From NCBI GenBank assembly GCA_963796685.1, contig CAWCMR010000009.1:320001-384000 (forward strand): DNA of 64,000 nt, written 5' to 3'. Position 1 is the stretch's first letter, and every line of letters begins with the position of its first letter. Below the pieces are notes generated by a model. It was not told the DNA's origin. It saw only the letters and a list, made by a program, of their open reading frames with translations, and ran no database searches. The position numbers were made by a program, and so were the translations under genes. This document shows positions 1 through 11,260 of this stretch, piece by piece. The stretch comes from an uncultured delta proteobacterium. Its GTDB lineage: Bacteria > Myxococcota_A > Polyangia > Fen-1088.

Positions 1-2
1 GC

Positions 3-3000
3 TGCACGGGAAGCCTGAGCTGCGGCGACTGTCCGGCAGGGCTGTCGTGCAACGGAGGCGTATGCACGACCGGCACCGCCTACGATGCCGGCCCGGTCAC
101 TTCCTGCATCGTCCCCGGCGGGACCTACTGCGGAGACATCGGAAACGGCGTCGGCGGCAAGCTTTCCTGCGGCGACTGCCCGACGGGCTGGACGTGCCAA
201 AGCGGCTTGTGCACCGGCGGGGCCACCTGCGTTCCGCGGGACTGCGGCAGCGGTGCCAACAAGTACTGCGGGACCATCGGCGACGACTGCGGGCACGCCG
301 AGGACTGCGGCACCTGTGCCGCCGACCAGGTGTGCAAGAACAACCAGTGCATCCCGGCGACCGGCTGCGTGCTCACGACCTGCAACCCCACCGGCGGCCA
401 ATATTGCGGCGGCGAGCTCGGCGACGGCTGCGGCGGCGCCATCACCTGCAGTGCTTGCACCACGCCCGGGTGGACCTGCCAGGATCACCTTTGCAAGGGT
501 GGCACCTCCTGCGTGCCCATCGCCTGCGGCACCGGCACCGGCAAGTACTGCGGCACCATCGGTGATGGTTGCGGCGGCAGCAACGACTGCGGCCAGTGCC
601 TCGCGGGCGAGATCTGCAAGAGCAACCAGTGCGTGCCGGCGAGTTGCACGCCCCTGACCTGCACCCCGACCGGCGGCCAGTACTGCGGCGGCCAGGTCGG
701 CGACGGCTGCGGCGGTGTGCTTGACTGCAGCGCCGCCTGTCCGGCGGGCTTCACCTGTGCCGATCACCTGTGCGTTGGCGGACCGACCTGCAATCGTCTC
801 GCGACGTGCACCAACGGCACCCCCTTCAACTTCTGCGGCGACGTGGGCGATGGCTGCAGCGGCACCCTTCACTGCGGCGCCGACTGCGCCACCGCCCAGA
901 TCTGCGACGGGACGACCGGTCTGTGCAAGGGCGACTCGACCTGTGGCCCCAAGTCCTGCAACAACGGCTCGCTCTTCAATTACTGCGGCGACGTGGGCGA
1001 TGGCTGCGGCGGCACCCTTCACTGCGGCGCCGACTGCTCCACCACCCAGATGTGCGACGCCACCACGGGGCTGTGCAAAGGCGACGCGACCTGCACCCCG
1101 GTGGCGTGCGACAACGGAACCCCCTTCAAGTACTGTGGCGAGACCGGCGACGGATGCGGCGGTACGCTTCATTGCGGGGCCGACTGCGCCGCGAATCAAG
1201 TCTGCGGCTCGGACGGAATCTGCAAGGGGAACTCGAGCTGCGTCGCGCTCACGTGCGACAACGGTACCCCGTTCAGTTACTGCGGCATCATCGGCGATGG
1301 CTGCGGCGGACAGCTTTCGTGCAGCACCCACTGCGGAACCAATCAAGTCTGTGGCGTGGACAATCTGTGCAAGGGTGATTCGTCCTGCATCCCCACGACC
1401 TGCGACAACGGAACCGACTTCAAGTACTGCGGTACCGTGGGCGACGGTTGTGGCGGCGCGCTCCGCTGCAGCACCGCCTGCGGCACGGGCAAGATCTGCG
1501 ACTCCACCAAGAACCTCTGCAAGGGTGACGGCACCTGCACCCCGCGGTCGGCGTGTACCAACGGGACCCCCTTTAACTACTGTGGCACCGTCGGAGACGG
1601 CTGCGGTGGAAGCCTGGACTGCGGCACCACCAGCTGTGGCACGGGCAAGATCTGTGACACCACGAAGGGTGTATGCAAGGGCGACGCGAGCTGCGTCCCG
1701 CTGACGTGCAAGACGGCGGAGGGCGGCCAATACTGTGGCGGAACGGTCGGCGACGGCTGCGGCAGCTCCATCACCTGCAGCGACCCATGCCCGACCGGCA
1801 CGACCTGCACCGGCAATGTTTGCGTCTGCAGTGGCGGACTCATCTGCCAGGTCGCCCGCTGCGAGGCCGGGTCGACCACGCTTTCGGGCAAGGTCTACGA
1901 CCCGGCCGGGGTGAATCCGATTTACAACGTGATCGTCTATGTGCCCAATACCACGCTCGATCCCATCACGCACGGCCCGACCTGCGATCAGTGCGCGACG
2001 CCGTCCGGTGAGCCCATCGCAGCGACGTTGTCGGATACCGATGGCAGCTTCACCCTGACCAACGTCCCGAGCGGGACCAACATCCCCATCGTCTTCCAGA
2101 TCGGAAAGTGGCGCCGCCAGGTCAAGATCCCAACCGTCACCGCGTGTCAGGACAACGTCGTTCCTACCAGCCTCTCGCACCTACCACGCAACCAAACCGA
2201 CGGCGATGCCGGGACGGTTTCGCTGCCCAGGATCGCCATCGCGGCAAGCAGCGCCCATCCTTGCCAAAAGAGCGGCTCGTGCGACAGCGGGATCGCCGAG
2301 CGCTTGCAATGCCTGCTGCGAAGGATCGGGGTGGATTCTTCCGAATTCACGCTTCCGAGCGGCACCGGCGCCATCCGCCTCTACAATCAGAACAAGGTCG
2401 AGGCCGACACGTGCAACACGGTGACGGGATCCACGGGGACCTTCCCGGATGCCTCCGGTAATCTGTGGGACAGTCAAGCCCACCTCAACCAATACGACAT
2501 GCTTCTGCTCAACTGTGGTGGCGGAGGGGCCGAGCCAGGTCCGTCAGCGGCCAACGGAACCTACGTTCCCTATCCAGATGCTCCGAATCGCATGAAGGCC
2601 TACGTGGATGCCGGAGGCCGCGTCTTTGCCGAGCACTACCACTGGGATTGGATCCGCTCCTTCACCAATTATCCGTCAGTCTTCGGCGAAGTGGCGACCT
2701 GGTACTCGGGCACCCCGGGGGTCATCGGAGCGGCGCCCAGAGATACCCTCGTCGACACCACCTTCCCCAGGGGCCAAGCCTTCGCAAGCTGGCTGTCCAA
2801 CGTGGGTGCGTCCACCACCAACGGCGTTCTCACCATCTCCAGCGGCGTGAAAGGAACGGCCATCGACCAGATCAATCCACCCTCGCAGCGCTGGCTCTAC
2901 GAGCCGACCAACGCAGGGAACCCGACCGGAAACGCCCAATACACGCACTATTTCAGCTTCAACACCCCGGTGGGCGTGCCGGCAGCCAATCAATGCGGGC

Positions 3001-3482
3001 GCTTCGTGTACACCGCCCTGCACGTCAGCGATTCGACCTCGACGGGATTCCCCGGCGATCCCACCGGAAATAGCGGGGATGCCTTCCCTGCCTGCTGTGC
3101 CGCCCGGACCGCCCTGTCGGCGCAGGAGAAGGCTCTCGAGTTCATGATCTTCGACCTCTCGTCCTGCATCAGCAACACGAACCTGCCACCGCCACCGGTC
3201 CAGACCGTGCCACCGCCCGCGGCCCCGCCGCCCGCGCCACCGGCCGCGCCACCTCCTCCCCCCGCCTCGCCGGGTGCGCCACCACCACCACCGGCATCAC
3301 CACCGCCGCCGCCACCACCACCAGCGACCACCCCACCGGCACCACCCTCGCCACCGGTCCCGCCGCCGCCACCATCACCGCCCCCGGTTGCCGCGCCACC
3401 GCCGCCACCGCCGGCACCGCCCACCCAAACCGCGCCGCCGCCGCCGCCACCACCGCCGCCGCCGCCCATCTGGATTCCGTAG
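3..3482 (+). CDS. Large Cys-rich repeat surface protein (myxobacterial type) with a carboxypeptidase-regulatory-like domain and a poly-Pro tail; 5' end lies outside the window
   Basis: The frame is open from nt 3 (CTGSLSCGDCPAG...). About 12 repeats of YCGxxGDGCGGxLxC, then STTLSGKVYDPAG...GKWRRQ...LPRIAI...CLLRRIGV, then a Pro-rich tail ending PPPIWIP. Confidence 0.85.
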   Translation, partial: CTGSLSCGDCPAGLSCNGGVCTTGTAYDAGPVTSCIVPGGTYCGDIGNGVGGKLSCGDCPTGWTCQSGLCTGGATCVPRDCGSGANKYCGTIGDDCGHAEDCGTCAADQVCKNNQCIPATGCVLTTCNPTGGQYCGGELGDGCGGAITCSACTTPGWTCQDHLCKGGTSCVPIACGTGTGKYCGTIGDGCGGSNDCGQCLAGEICKSNQCVPASCTPLTCTPTGGQYCGGQVGDGCGGVLDCSAACPAGFTCADHLCVGGPTCNRLATCTNGTPFNFCGDVGDGCSGTLHCGADCATAQICDGTTGLCKGDSTCGPKSCNNGSLFNYCGDVGDGCGGTLHCGADCSTTQMCDATTGLCKGDATCTPVACDNGTPFKYCGETGDGCGGTLHCGADCAANQVCGSDGICKGNSSCVALTCDNGTPFSYCGIIGDGCGGQLSCSTHCGTNQVCGVDNLCKGDSSCIPTTCDNGTDFKYCGTVGDGCGGALRCSTACGTGKICDSTKNLCKGDGTCTPRSACTNGTPFNYCGTVGDGCGGSLDCGTTSCGTGKICDTTKGVCKGDASCVPLTCKTAEGGQYCGGTVGDGCGSSITCSDPCPTGTTCTGNVCVCSGGLICQVARCEAGSTTLSGKVYDPAGVNPIYNVIVYVPNTTLDPITHGPTCDQCATPSGEPIAATLSDTDGSFTLTNVPSGTNIPIVFQIGKWRRQVKIPTVTACQDNVVPTSLSHLPRNQTDGDAGTVSLPRIAIAASSAHPCQKSGSCDSGIAERLQCLLRRIGVDSSEFTLPSGTGAIRLYNQNKVEADTCNTVTGSTGTFPDASGNLWDSQAHLNQYDMLLLNCGGGGAEPGPSAANGTYVPYPDAPNRMKAYVDAGGRVFAEHYHWDWIRSFTNYPSVFGEVATWYSGTPGVIGAAPRDTLVDTTFPRGQAFASWLSNVGASTTNGVLTISSGVKGTAIDQINPPSQRWLYEPTNAGNPTGNAQYTHYFSFNTPVGVPAANQCGRFVYTALHVSDSTSTGFPGDPTGNSGDAFPACCAARTALSAQEKALEFMIFDLSSCISNTNLPPPPVQTVPPPAAPPPAPPAAPPPPPASPGAPPPPPASPPPPPPPPATTPPAPPSPPVPPPPPSPPPVAAPPPPPPAPPTQTAPPPPPPPPPPPIWIP
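833..1085 (+). repeat. Near-identical 150-bp-period tandem duplication within the Cys-rich repeats
   Basis: tgcggcgacgtgggcgatggctgc(a/g)gcggcacccttcactgcggcgccgactgc occurs at about 833 and 983. Confidence 0.85.
3184..3470 (+). repeat. Low-complexity (CCG/CCA)n tract encoding a poly-proline tail
   Basis: Visible ccgccg/ccacca runs, translating to about 95 aa that are mostly Pro. Confidence 0.95.
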
Positions 3483-3691
3483 GCGAAGGGCGGCGATCGT
3501 GCCGGTCGCCGCCGTCGCAACCTACCCGGTGTCGCCATCATCCCGCGATAGGCGCGGGAGGTCGTGGCTGCGGCCGTGGTCGGTTCGCGCCTTGACCGCT
3601 GGTTCAGCCATGCGAATGCATGACGGTATGAACCCGCGCGCGGCGATAGCCAGGCGTCGGGTGACGGCAAACCTCCCTGCCGGGTTCTGAG

Positions 3692-4771
3692 TCATCCGAA
3701 CAGGCGCGTCACCGCCTGCCGCAGACGACCGAGCAACGATGGCCTGGCCCTCCGGGCCGAGACGGCGAGCTTGGCCGCTCCTGATGCGGGTACCTCGTGC
3801 GCATGTGCGTGGACCTCTTCCGCGACGGCTGCGCTCTTGTGCTTGAGGGCCTCATCCACGCGGGCCAGCACCAACCGCGCTTCTTTCTCCAAGTCGGAAA
3901 GGGCGACGGGATCCAGACCCAATTTCGCGCAGGCTGCAACGAACACGTCCTCCTCGCTGCCGTCGCACGTCCCCGGACCGAGGTTCACCGAAAAGCCCAG
4001 CTTGGTCGACAGCCAATCCGCCACCGCGACCACGGCCGAAAGCAGCGGAGCGGTCGTCACTGCCGCGCGGCCGTGGTGGTGGGCCACGACCTCGGCCACC
4101 TCGTCGGGCAGTCTCCATTGGCGCACGAGCATGCCGGACACGTCCTCGTGAATCTGCCACACCACTTCGTTCAGGACCGCGGCTTCCAGCGCGGGTTCGC
4201 TCTTCCGGCGCTCCCCGAGCACGATGAGAATAGCGGCGATGCCGATGTCGTGTAGAAGCCCGCACAGGAACGCATGCTCGGAGTCCTGCCCGACGCGTGA
4301 GGCGAGCAAGCGGCACAGGTTTCCGCACGCGGTGCTGTGCCTGCGCAGCTCTTCCATCATTCCCGAGTATTCCACCGATCGGAAGACCCGCATGTGCAGC
4401 GCGATTTCGAAGACCACCTCTCCCAGATTCTTGAGCCCGAGGCGCAGCACGGCGCTGCGCAAGGATGTTTCGGCGTCGCGCCCGCGAAAAATCGGCGAGT
4501 TCGCGACCCGCAAAACGTGCGCCGCCAGCATGGGATCGTGCTCGAGCACGCCGACGAGCTTCTCGGTGTCGATGTCGGAGCGACACGACAAATCATGGAT
4601 CTCGAGCGCGACACTGGGGAGCATGGGCGGCTTGTAGTCGGGCGAGCCGAACACGCCGCGCAGGCCCTCGGACACCCGCAGCACCGTGGCCAAGGGCATA
4701 GGCGTACGTTGGGCCGGCGCGGTATCCGACCTCGCACGAGCGGGAGGGGCGTGGTTGTCAGCCGAGGACAT
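3692..4771 (-). CDS. HDOD domain signal-transduction protein
   Basis: PPMLPSVA...DPMLAAHVLRVANSP...LRLGL, HS...AFLCGLLHDIG, WRLP...HH. Start set at ATG 4771 after AGGGG. Confidence 0.88.
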   Translation of the reverse strand: MSSADNHAPPARARSDTAPAQRTPMPLATVLRVSEGLRGVFGSPDYKPPMLPSVALEIHDLSCRSDIDTEKLVGVLEHDPMLAAHVLRVANSPIFRGRDAETSLRSAVLRLGLKNLGEVVFEIALHMRVFRSVEYSGMMEELRRHSTACGNLCRLLASRVGQDSEHAFLCGLLHDIGIAAILIVLGERRKSEPALEAAVLNEVVWQIHEDVSGMLVRQWRLPDEVAEVVAHHHGRAAVTTAPLLSAVVAVADWLSTKLGFSVNLGPGTCDGSEEDVFVAACAKLGLDPVALSDLEKEARLVLARVDEALKHKSAAVAEEVHAHAHEVPASGAAKLAVSARRARPSLLGRLRQAVTRLFG

Positions 4772-4912
4772 GTCGCCCCTATGACATCGATAGTCTAGGG
4801 CACGATCTTGAGCCGCAAGATGCCGGACATATCGCGACCGGCAAAGAGAGCGTCCGCCACCCTTCGGGACATCTCGCATCGGCAAGCTATGCTTTGAACC
4901 AGGAGATACCCC

Positions 4913-5404
4913 ATGGATAGAACAGAGAAGCTCTCCCTCATCGCTCGCTACGAGTCCTCCATCGACCCGCTTGTCGATTTCGTGAAAAACGCTCCCGCGG
5001 CAGCCGTTGATTTCAGGCCCAATCTGCCGGGCGCATGGAGCATCCGTGACCATGCGGTTCACTTTCTGGACGCCGACACGTTCGCCTATGGTCGCCTGCG
5101 CCTGGCCGTGACCCAGCCGGGTGCGGACGTGTTCGTGTGGAACGAGGAAGCCTGGCATGAAAGGGCCAGGTATGAAACCGCGGATGCGCTGGTCGCCTTG
5201 GAGACCGCCCGCGCGCTCAGGCACGTGGTCTGCGCCATGGCCAAGTCCGTGGTGGATGCGGAGTGGGAGGACTTCTACGTCCGCCACTCGCAACGCGGGC
5301 GCATGAATCTGGCCGACGTGTTCAAGCTGTATACGGATCACGCCCAGTTCCACCTGAGCTACTTCCGGCGCAACCTGGACGCATTCAAGTCGAACGCGGC
5401 GTGA
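4913..5404 (+). CDS. DinB/YfiT-like metal-dependent thiol-transferase family protein
   Basis: WSIRDHAVH and C-terminal DHAQFHL His motif. AGGAG RBS. Confidence 0.8.
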   Translation: MDRTEKLSLIARYESSIDPLVDFVKNAPAAAVDFRPNLPGAWSIRDHAVHFLDADTFAYGRLRLAVTQPGADVFVWNEEAWHERARYETADALVALETARALRHVVCAMAKSVVDAEWEDFYVRHSQRGRMNLADVFKLYTDHAQFHLSYFRRNLDAFKSNAA

Positions 5405-5484
5405 ATCACCGTCACGAAAAAGGACTGTCCAGGTCCGTTACCTCTGGCGTCAGGGGTGAGCTTGGTCCATAACCGATAAAATCG

Positions 5485-7296
5485 ATGCGTATTCCCCTAC
5501 TCGACCCTAAGCACACCCCGCTCTCGGATTCCCAAGCAGCCCAGTTCAACGCTTTTGCCGCCGGCCTGGCGCCCGACCAAACCGCCTGGCTGCTCGGCTA
5601 TCTGACCGCGACCCATCACCTGCAAGGCGGCTCCAGCCAGCCCGGGGCGCCGGTCCCTGCGCACGACACAGAAAAGCAGCTGACGGTGCTGTTCGCGTCG
5701 CAGACCGGCAACGCCGCCAAGGTCGCGAAGGCCCTCACCTCCGCGGCCACGGGAGCCGGCGTCCACGCGGTCGCGGTCAACGTCGCGGATTACAAGGCCA
5801 CGAACCTGAGAAACGAGCGCAACTTGATCCTCGTGTCCAGCACGCAGGGTGAGGGCGATCCACCGGATTCGGCCGTCGAGTTCCACCGCTTTCTCTTCGG
5901 CAAGCGGGCGGCGCGCCTCGAGGGACTGCGCTTCGCCGTGCTGGCGCTCGGCGACTACAGCTACGCGAATTTCTGCAAGGCCGGCGTGGACTTCGACACG
6001 CGGCTGGAAGAGCTGGGGGCCGAGCGCGTCTTGGCCCGCGTCGATTGCGATGTGGAATACCAAAGTGCGGTGGATTCCTGGCAGGGGCAGGTGATCGAGA
6101 CCTTCAAGAATCTCGTGCCGAAGAACGGCGCGGAGGCTTTGCCCGTGCCGGTGCCCTCGCCCGTCGTGGAAGAGGGCTATGACAAGGCTCGGCCCTTCGC
6201 GGCGCCTGTTCTCGAGCGCATCAACCTGAACGGCCGCGGCTCGGCAAAGAAGACCTTCCACCTCGAAGTTTCCCTGAGTGGCTCCGGAATTGCCTACCAG
6301 CCCGGCGATTCCCTGGGCATCCTGCCGCGAAACTCGCCTGTCTACGTCCGTGAGCTCTTGTCCGTGGCCCGACTCGCGCCCGATGCCGGCGTCAGCGTGG
6401 ACGGCAAGGATTGGCCGCTCGCCGAGGTCCTCGGCGACACATTCGAGATCACCACCATCACGCGCCCGTTCGTGAAGGCTTACGCGGCTGCGACGGGCCA
6501 TGCCGAGCTTGGCGCGCTGTTGGAGAAGGGACGTGAGGAGGACCTCAAGACCTACGTCCATGGCCGCGAGATCATCGACGTTGTGCAAGCCTTCCCTCCG
6601 GGAGACGTGCAGCCGCAAGCCTTCGTGGGCATGCTCCGCCGCCTGCAACCGCGCCTCTACTCGATCGCGTCGAGCCTGCTCGCGCACGAAGAAGAGGTCC
6701 ACCTGCTTGTCGGCCTTACCCGCTACGAGAGCCACGGGCGGGTGCGAGAAGGGGTTTGCTCGTCCTTCGTGTGCGAGCGCCTGGGCGAAGACGAACCGCT
6801 GCGCGTCTACCCCTCGGCCAATCCCAACTTCAAGCTCCCGGAAAACCCCGATGCGCGGATCATCATGGTCGGTCCCGGCACCGGCGTGGCGCCGTTTCGC
6901 GCCTTCGTCGAAGAACGCGAGACCTTGGGTTGCCGCGGACGCAACTGGTTGTTCTTCGGCGACCAGCACTTCGCGACCGACTTTCTCTACCAGATCGAGT
7001 GGCAGCGCTGGCACAAGTCTGGCGTGCTCTCGCACCTGGATCTGGCCTTCTCGCGCGACCAGGACCAGAAGGTCTACGTCCAGCACCGCATGCTCGAGCG
7101 CGGGCGCGATCTCTACGCCTGGCTGCAGGAGGGCGCGCATGTCTACGTGTGTGGCGACGCCGGCCAGATGGCGGCCGACGTCCACGAAGCGCTGGTTTCC
7201 ATCGTCGGCAAAGAGGGCGGCAAGGGTCGCGAGGCCGCCGTGGAGTACGTCGAGAACCTCCACGCCACCAAGCGGTACCAACGCGATGTCTACTGA
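5485..7296 (+). CDS. cysJ: Assimilatory sulfite reductase (NADPH) flavoprotein subunit
   Basis: Flavodoxin ASQTGNA and STQGEGDPP; RLYSIASS; GPGTGVAPFRAF; ends RYQRDVY. Confidence 0.95.
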   Translation: MRIPLLDPKHTPLSDSQAAQFNAFAAGLAPDQTAWLLGYLTATHHLQGGSSQPGAPVPAHDTEKQLTVLFASQTGNAAKVAKALTSAATGAGVHAVAVNVADYKATNLRNERNLILVSSTQGEGDPPDSAVEFHRFLFGKRAARLEGLRFAVLALGDYSYANFCKAGVDFDTRLEELGAERVLARVDCDVEYQSAVDSWQGQVIETFKNLVPKNGAEALPVPVPSPVVEEGYDKARPFAAPVLERINLNGRGSAKKTFHLEVSLSGSGIAYQPGDSLGILPRNSPVYVRELLSVARLAPDAGVSVDGKDWPLAEVLGDTFEITTITRPFVKAYAAATGHAELGALLEKGREEDLKTYVHGREIIDVVQAFPPGDVQPQAFVGMLRRLQPRLYSIASSLLAHEEEVHLLVGLTRYESHGRVREGVCSSFVCERLGEDEPLRVYPSANPNFKLPENPDARIIMVGPGTGVAPFRAFVEERETLGCRGRNWLFFGDQHFATDFLYQIEWQRWHKSGVLSHLDLAFSRDQDQKVYVQHRMLERGRDLYAWLQEGAHVYVCGDAGQMAADVHEALVSIVGKEGGKGREAAVEYVENLHATKRYQRDVY

Positions 7297-7307
7297 GGTG
7301 ATGTTCC

Positions 7308-9020
7308 ATGAGCGATGAAGCACAGCCCGCTGCGGGCAGCAGCGAAAACGAATATTTCAAGGACGCGAGCAACTACCTGCGCGGGACGATCGCCAAGGGT
7401 TTGCGCGATCCCATCACGGGCGGCATCGCGGCCTCCGACCAGCAGCTGCTCAAATTCCACGGGATGTACCAGCAGGACGACCGCGACGTTCGCCTCGAGC
7501 GCCAGCGGCAGAAGCTGGAACCGCTGCACGGCTTCATGGTGCGCATCCGCATGCCGGGCGGCGTGTGCACGCCGGCGCAGTATCTGGCCATCGACGAGCT
7601 CGCGCGCGCCCACGCGGGCAACACCCTGCGTCTGACCACGCGGCAGACGATTCAGCTGCACACCATCCCCAAACGCCACTTGCGCCACACGGTGCAAGCC
7701 ATCAACAAGACCTTGCTCGACACCATCGCGGCTTGCGGGGACGTGAATCGCAACGTCCTGTGCAATCCGAATCCCTTCCTGTCGTCGCTCCACGGCGAGG
7801 TTTACGGGTGGGCCAAGCGCCTCAGCGAGCACCTCCTGCCGCGCACGAGCGCCTACCACGAGATCTGGCTGGGCGACGATCTCGTGGCCGGCGGCGAGCC
7901 CGCCGACGACACCGAGCCCCTCTACGGCAAGCACTATCTGCCGCGCAAGTTCAAGATCGCGGTGGCGGTACCGCCCAGCAACGACGTCGATGTCTTCGCC
8001 AACGACCTCGGTTTCATCGCCATCACTGAAGACGACAAGCTGGCCGGCTTCGACGTGACCGTCGGGGGTGGCATGAGCATGGCGCACGGCGAGCGAGCGA
8101 CCTATCCACGCCTCGCGGACGTGATCGGCTTCTGCCCGTCCGGCGATGTCCTCGGCGTGGCCGAAGCCGTGCTCACCACCCAACGCGACTTCGGCGACCG
8201 CAAGAACCGCAAGCACGCGCGCCTCAAGTACACCATCGACGACCGCGGGCTCGACTGGTTCAAGGCCGAGGTCGAGCGCCGATTGGGGCGCGCTCTCGCG
8301 CCCGCCCGTTCCTTCACCTTCGAGAGCAACGGCGATCGCTACGGATGGGTCAAGGGCGTGGGCGATTCCTGGCACTTCACGCTGTTCATCATGAATGGTC
8401 GCGTGCGCGACGAGCCGGCCCGCCCCCTGCTGACGGCGCTACGCGAGATCGCCAAGGTCCACGACGGGGATTTTCGGCTGACCGCCAACCAGAACTTGAT
8501 GATTGCCAACGTGAGCAAGGCCAACAAGCGGCGCGTCGACGGCCTGCTCGACCAGTACCGGCTCAAGGATGGCGTCGCGCACACCGGCCTGCGCCTCTCC
8601 TCCATGGCCTGTGTGGCCCTGCCGTCATGTGGCCTGGCCATGGCCGAATCCGAGCGCTACTTGCCGAGCCTGCTCGACAAGCTCGACGCCGTCGTGCGCG
8701 CGGCCGGGCTGGAAAAGGATCCCATCGTCATCCGTATGACCGGGTGCCCGAACGGCTGCGCGCGGCCCTACATCGCCGAAATCGCCTTGGTCGGCAAGAA
8801 TCTCGGCAAGTACAACCTCTATCTGGGCGGCGGGTTCGTGGGGGATCGGTTGGGCAAGCTGTACCGCGAAAATCTCGCCGACGAAGAGATCGTGGCTACG
8901 CTCGAGCCCATCATCCATCGCTACGCGCGCGAACGAAGTCCCGGCGAGCGCTTCGGCGACTTCGTCATCCGCGCGGGCTACGTGAAAGCCACGCGGCAGG
9001 GCAGGGATTTTCACGACTGA
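7308..9020 (+). CDS. cysI: Assimilatory sulfite reductase hemoprotein subunit
   Basis: [37 protein letters not shown] and RMTGCPNGC siroheme/4Fe-4S ligands. Confidence 0.96.
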   Translation: MSDEAQPAAGSSENEYFKDASNYLRGTIAKGLRDPITGGIAASDQQLLKFHGMYQQDDRDVRLERQRQKLEPLHGFMVRIRMPGGVCTPAQYLAIDELARAHAGNTLRLTTRQTIQLHTIPKRHLRHTVQAINKTLLDTIAACGDVNRNVLCNPNPFLSSLHGEVYGWAKRLSEHLLPRTSAYHEIWLGDDLVAGGEPADDTEPLYGKHYLPRKFKIAVAVPPSNDVDVFANDLGFIAITEDDKLAGFDVTVGGGMSMAHGERATYPRLADVIGFCPSGDVLGVAEAVLTTQRDFGDRKNRKHARLKYTIDDRGLDWFKAEVERRLGRALAPARSFTFESNGDRYGWVKGVGDSWHFTLFIMNGRVRDEPARPLLTALREIAKVHDGDFRLTANQNLMIANVSKANKRRVDGLLDQYRLKDGVAHTGLRLSSMACVALPSCGLAMAESERYLPSLLDKLDAVVRAAGLEKDPIVIRMTGCPNGCARPYIAEIALVGKNLGKYNLYLGGGFVGDRLGKLYRENLADEEIVATLEPIIHRYARERSPGERFGDFVIRAGYVKATRQGRDFHD

Positions 9021-9048
9021 GTGGTTTGCCCCCACGTCGCCTCCTGCT

Positions 9049-10810
<1,762 letters not shown>

Positions 10811-10924
10811 TAGGGAACTCTGACCTGAAACTCACCCGTCCTGTCGCAACGGCCTCAGCGATGGTCGCGTCGTCCGGCGTGGCAAACCCGACGGAGCGCC
10901 GACTGCGGAACCTCTCAACCATGA

Positions 10925-11086
10925 CCTGTCGCGCTCCCGGAGAGTTCCTCGGCTACCGACTTCAGCTGCAACACCAGCGGATTTTACGCCCGCAACAGCT
11001 GTACCAGCGACGCACAATGCTCCGTCGCATGCGTCAAGGGCTACTGCTACGACTCGCGCGGCCAGTGCGACTACCATCCGATGTGA
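10925..11086 (+). pseudogene. 3' remnant of a Cys-rich secreted protein gene
   Basis: Frame reads ...TDFSCNTSGFYARNSCTSDAQCSVACVKGYCYDSRGQCDYHPM*. It follows an in-frame TGA (10922) and has no usable start. Confidence 0.5.
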
Positions 11087-11260
11087 CGGCTCCCGGGAGG
11101 TCGACTGTCTTCTACGGCGCCGTGGTCAGTCTCTGCGGAGCGAATGAGTAGCCGTTCGGCGTAACGTAAGGGCCGGCGGATGGGCACCTCGATGGGTCAC
11201 GGGGCAACGCCCCGTACTCGTCAGTTTGAGGTCGCGGCGCTGCAGGCGCCAGCGACTTCG

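Noticed and set aside
250-1790. Regularly spaced repeats as a possible CRISPR array
   Set aside because: The repeats are in-frame coding units with synonymous variation and related spacers; no cas genes.
2990-3670. Gly-rich minus-strand ORF and His/Arg-rich plus-strand ORF (3274-3690)
   Set aside because: Shadow frames of the poly-Pro tract.
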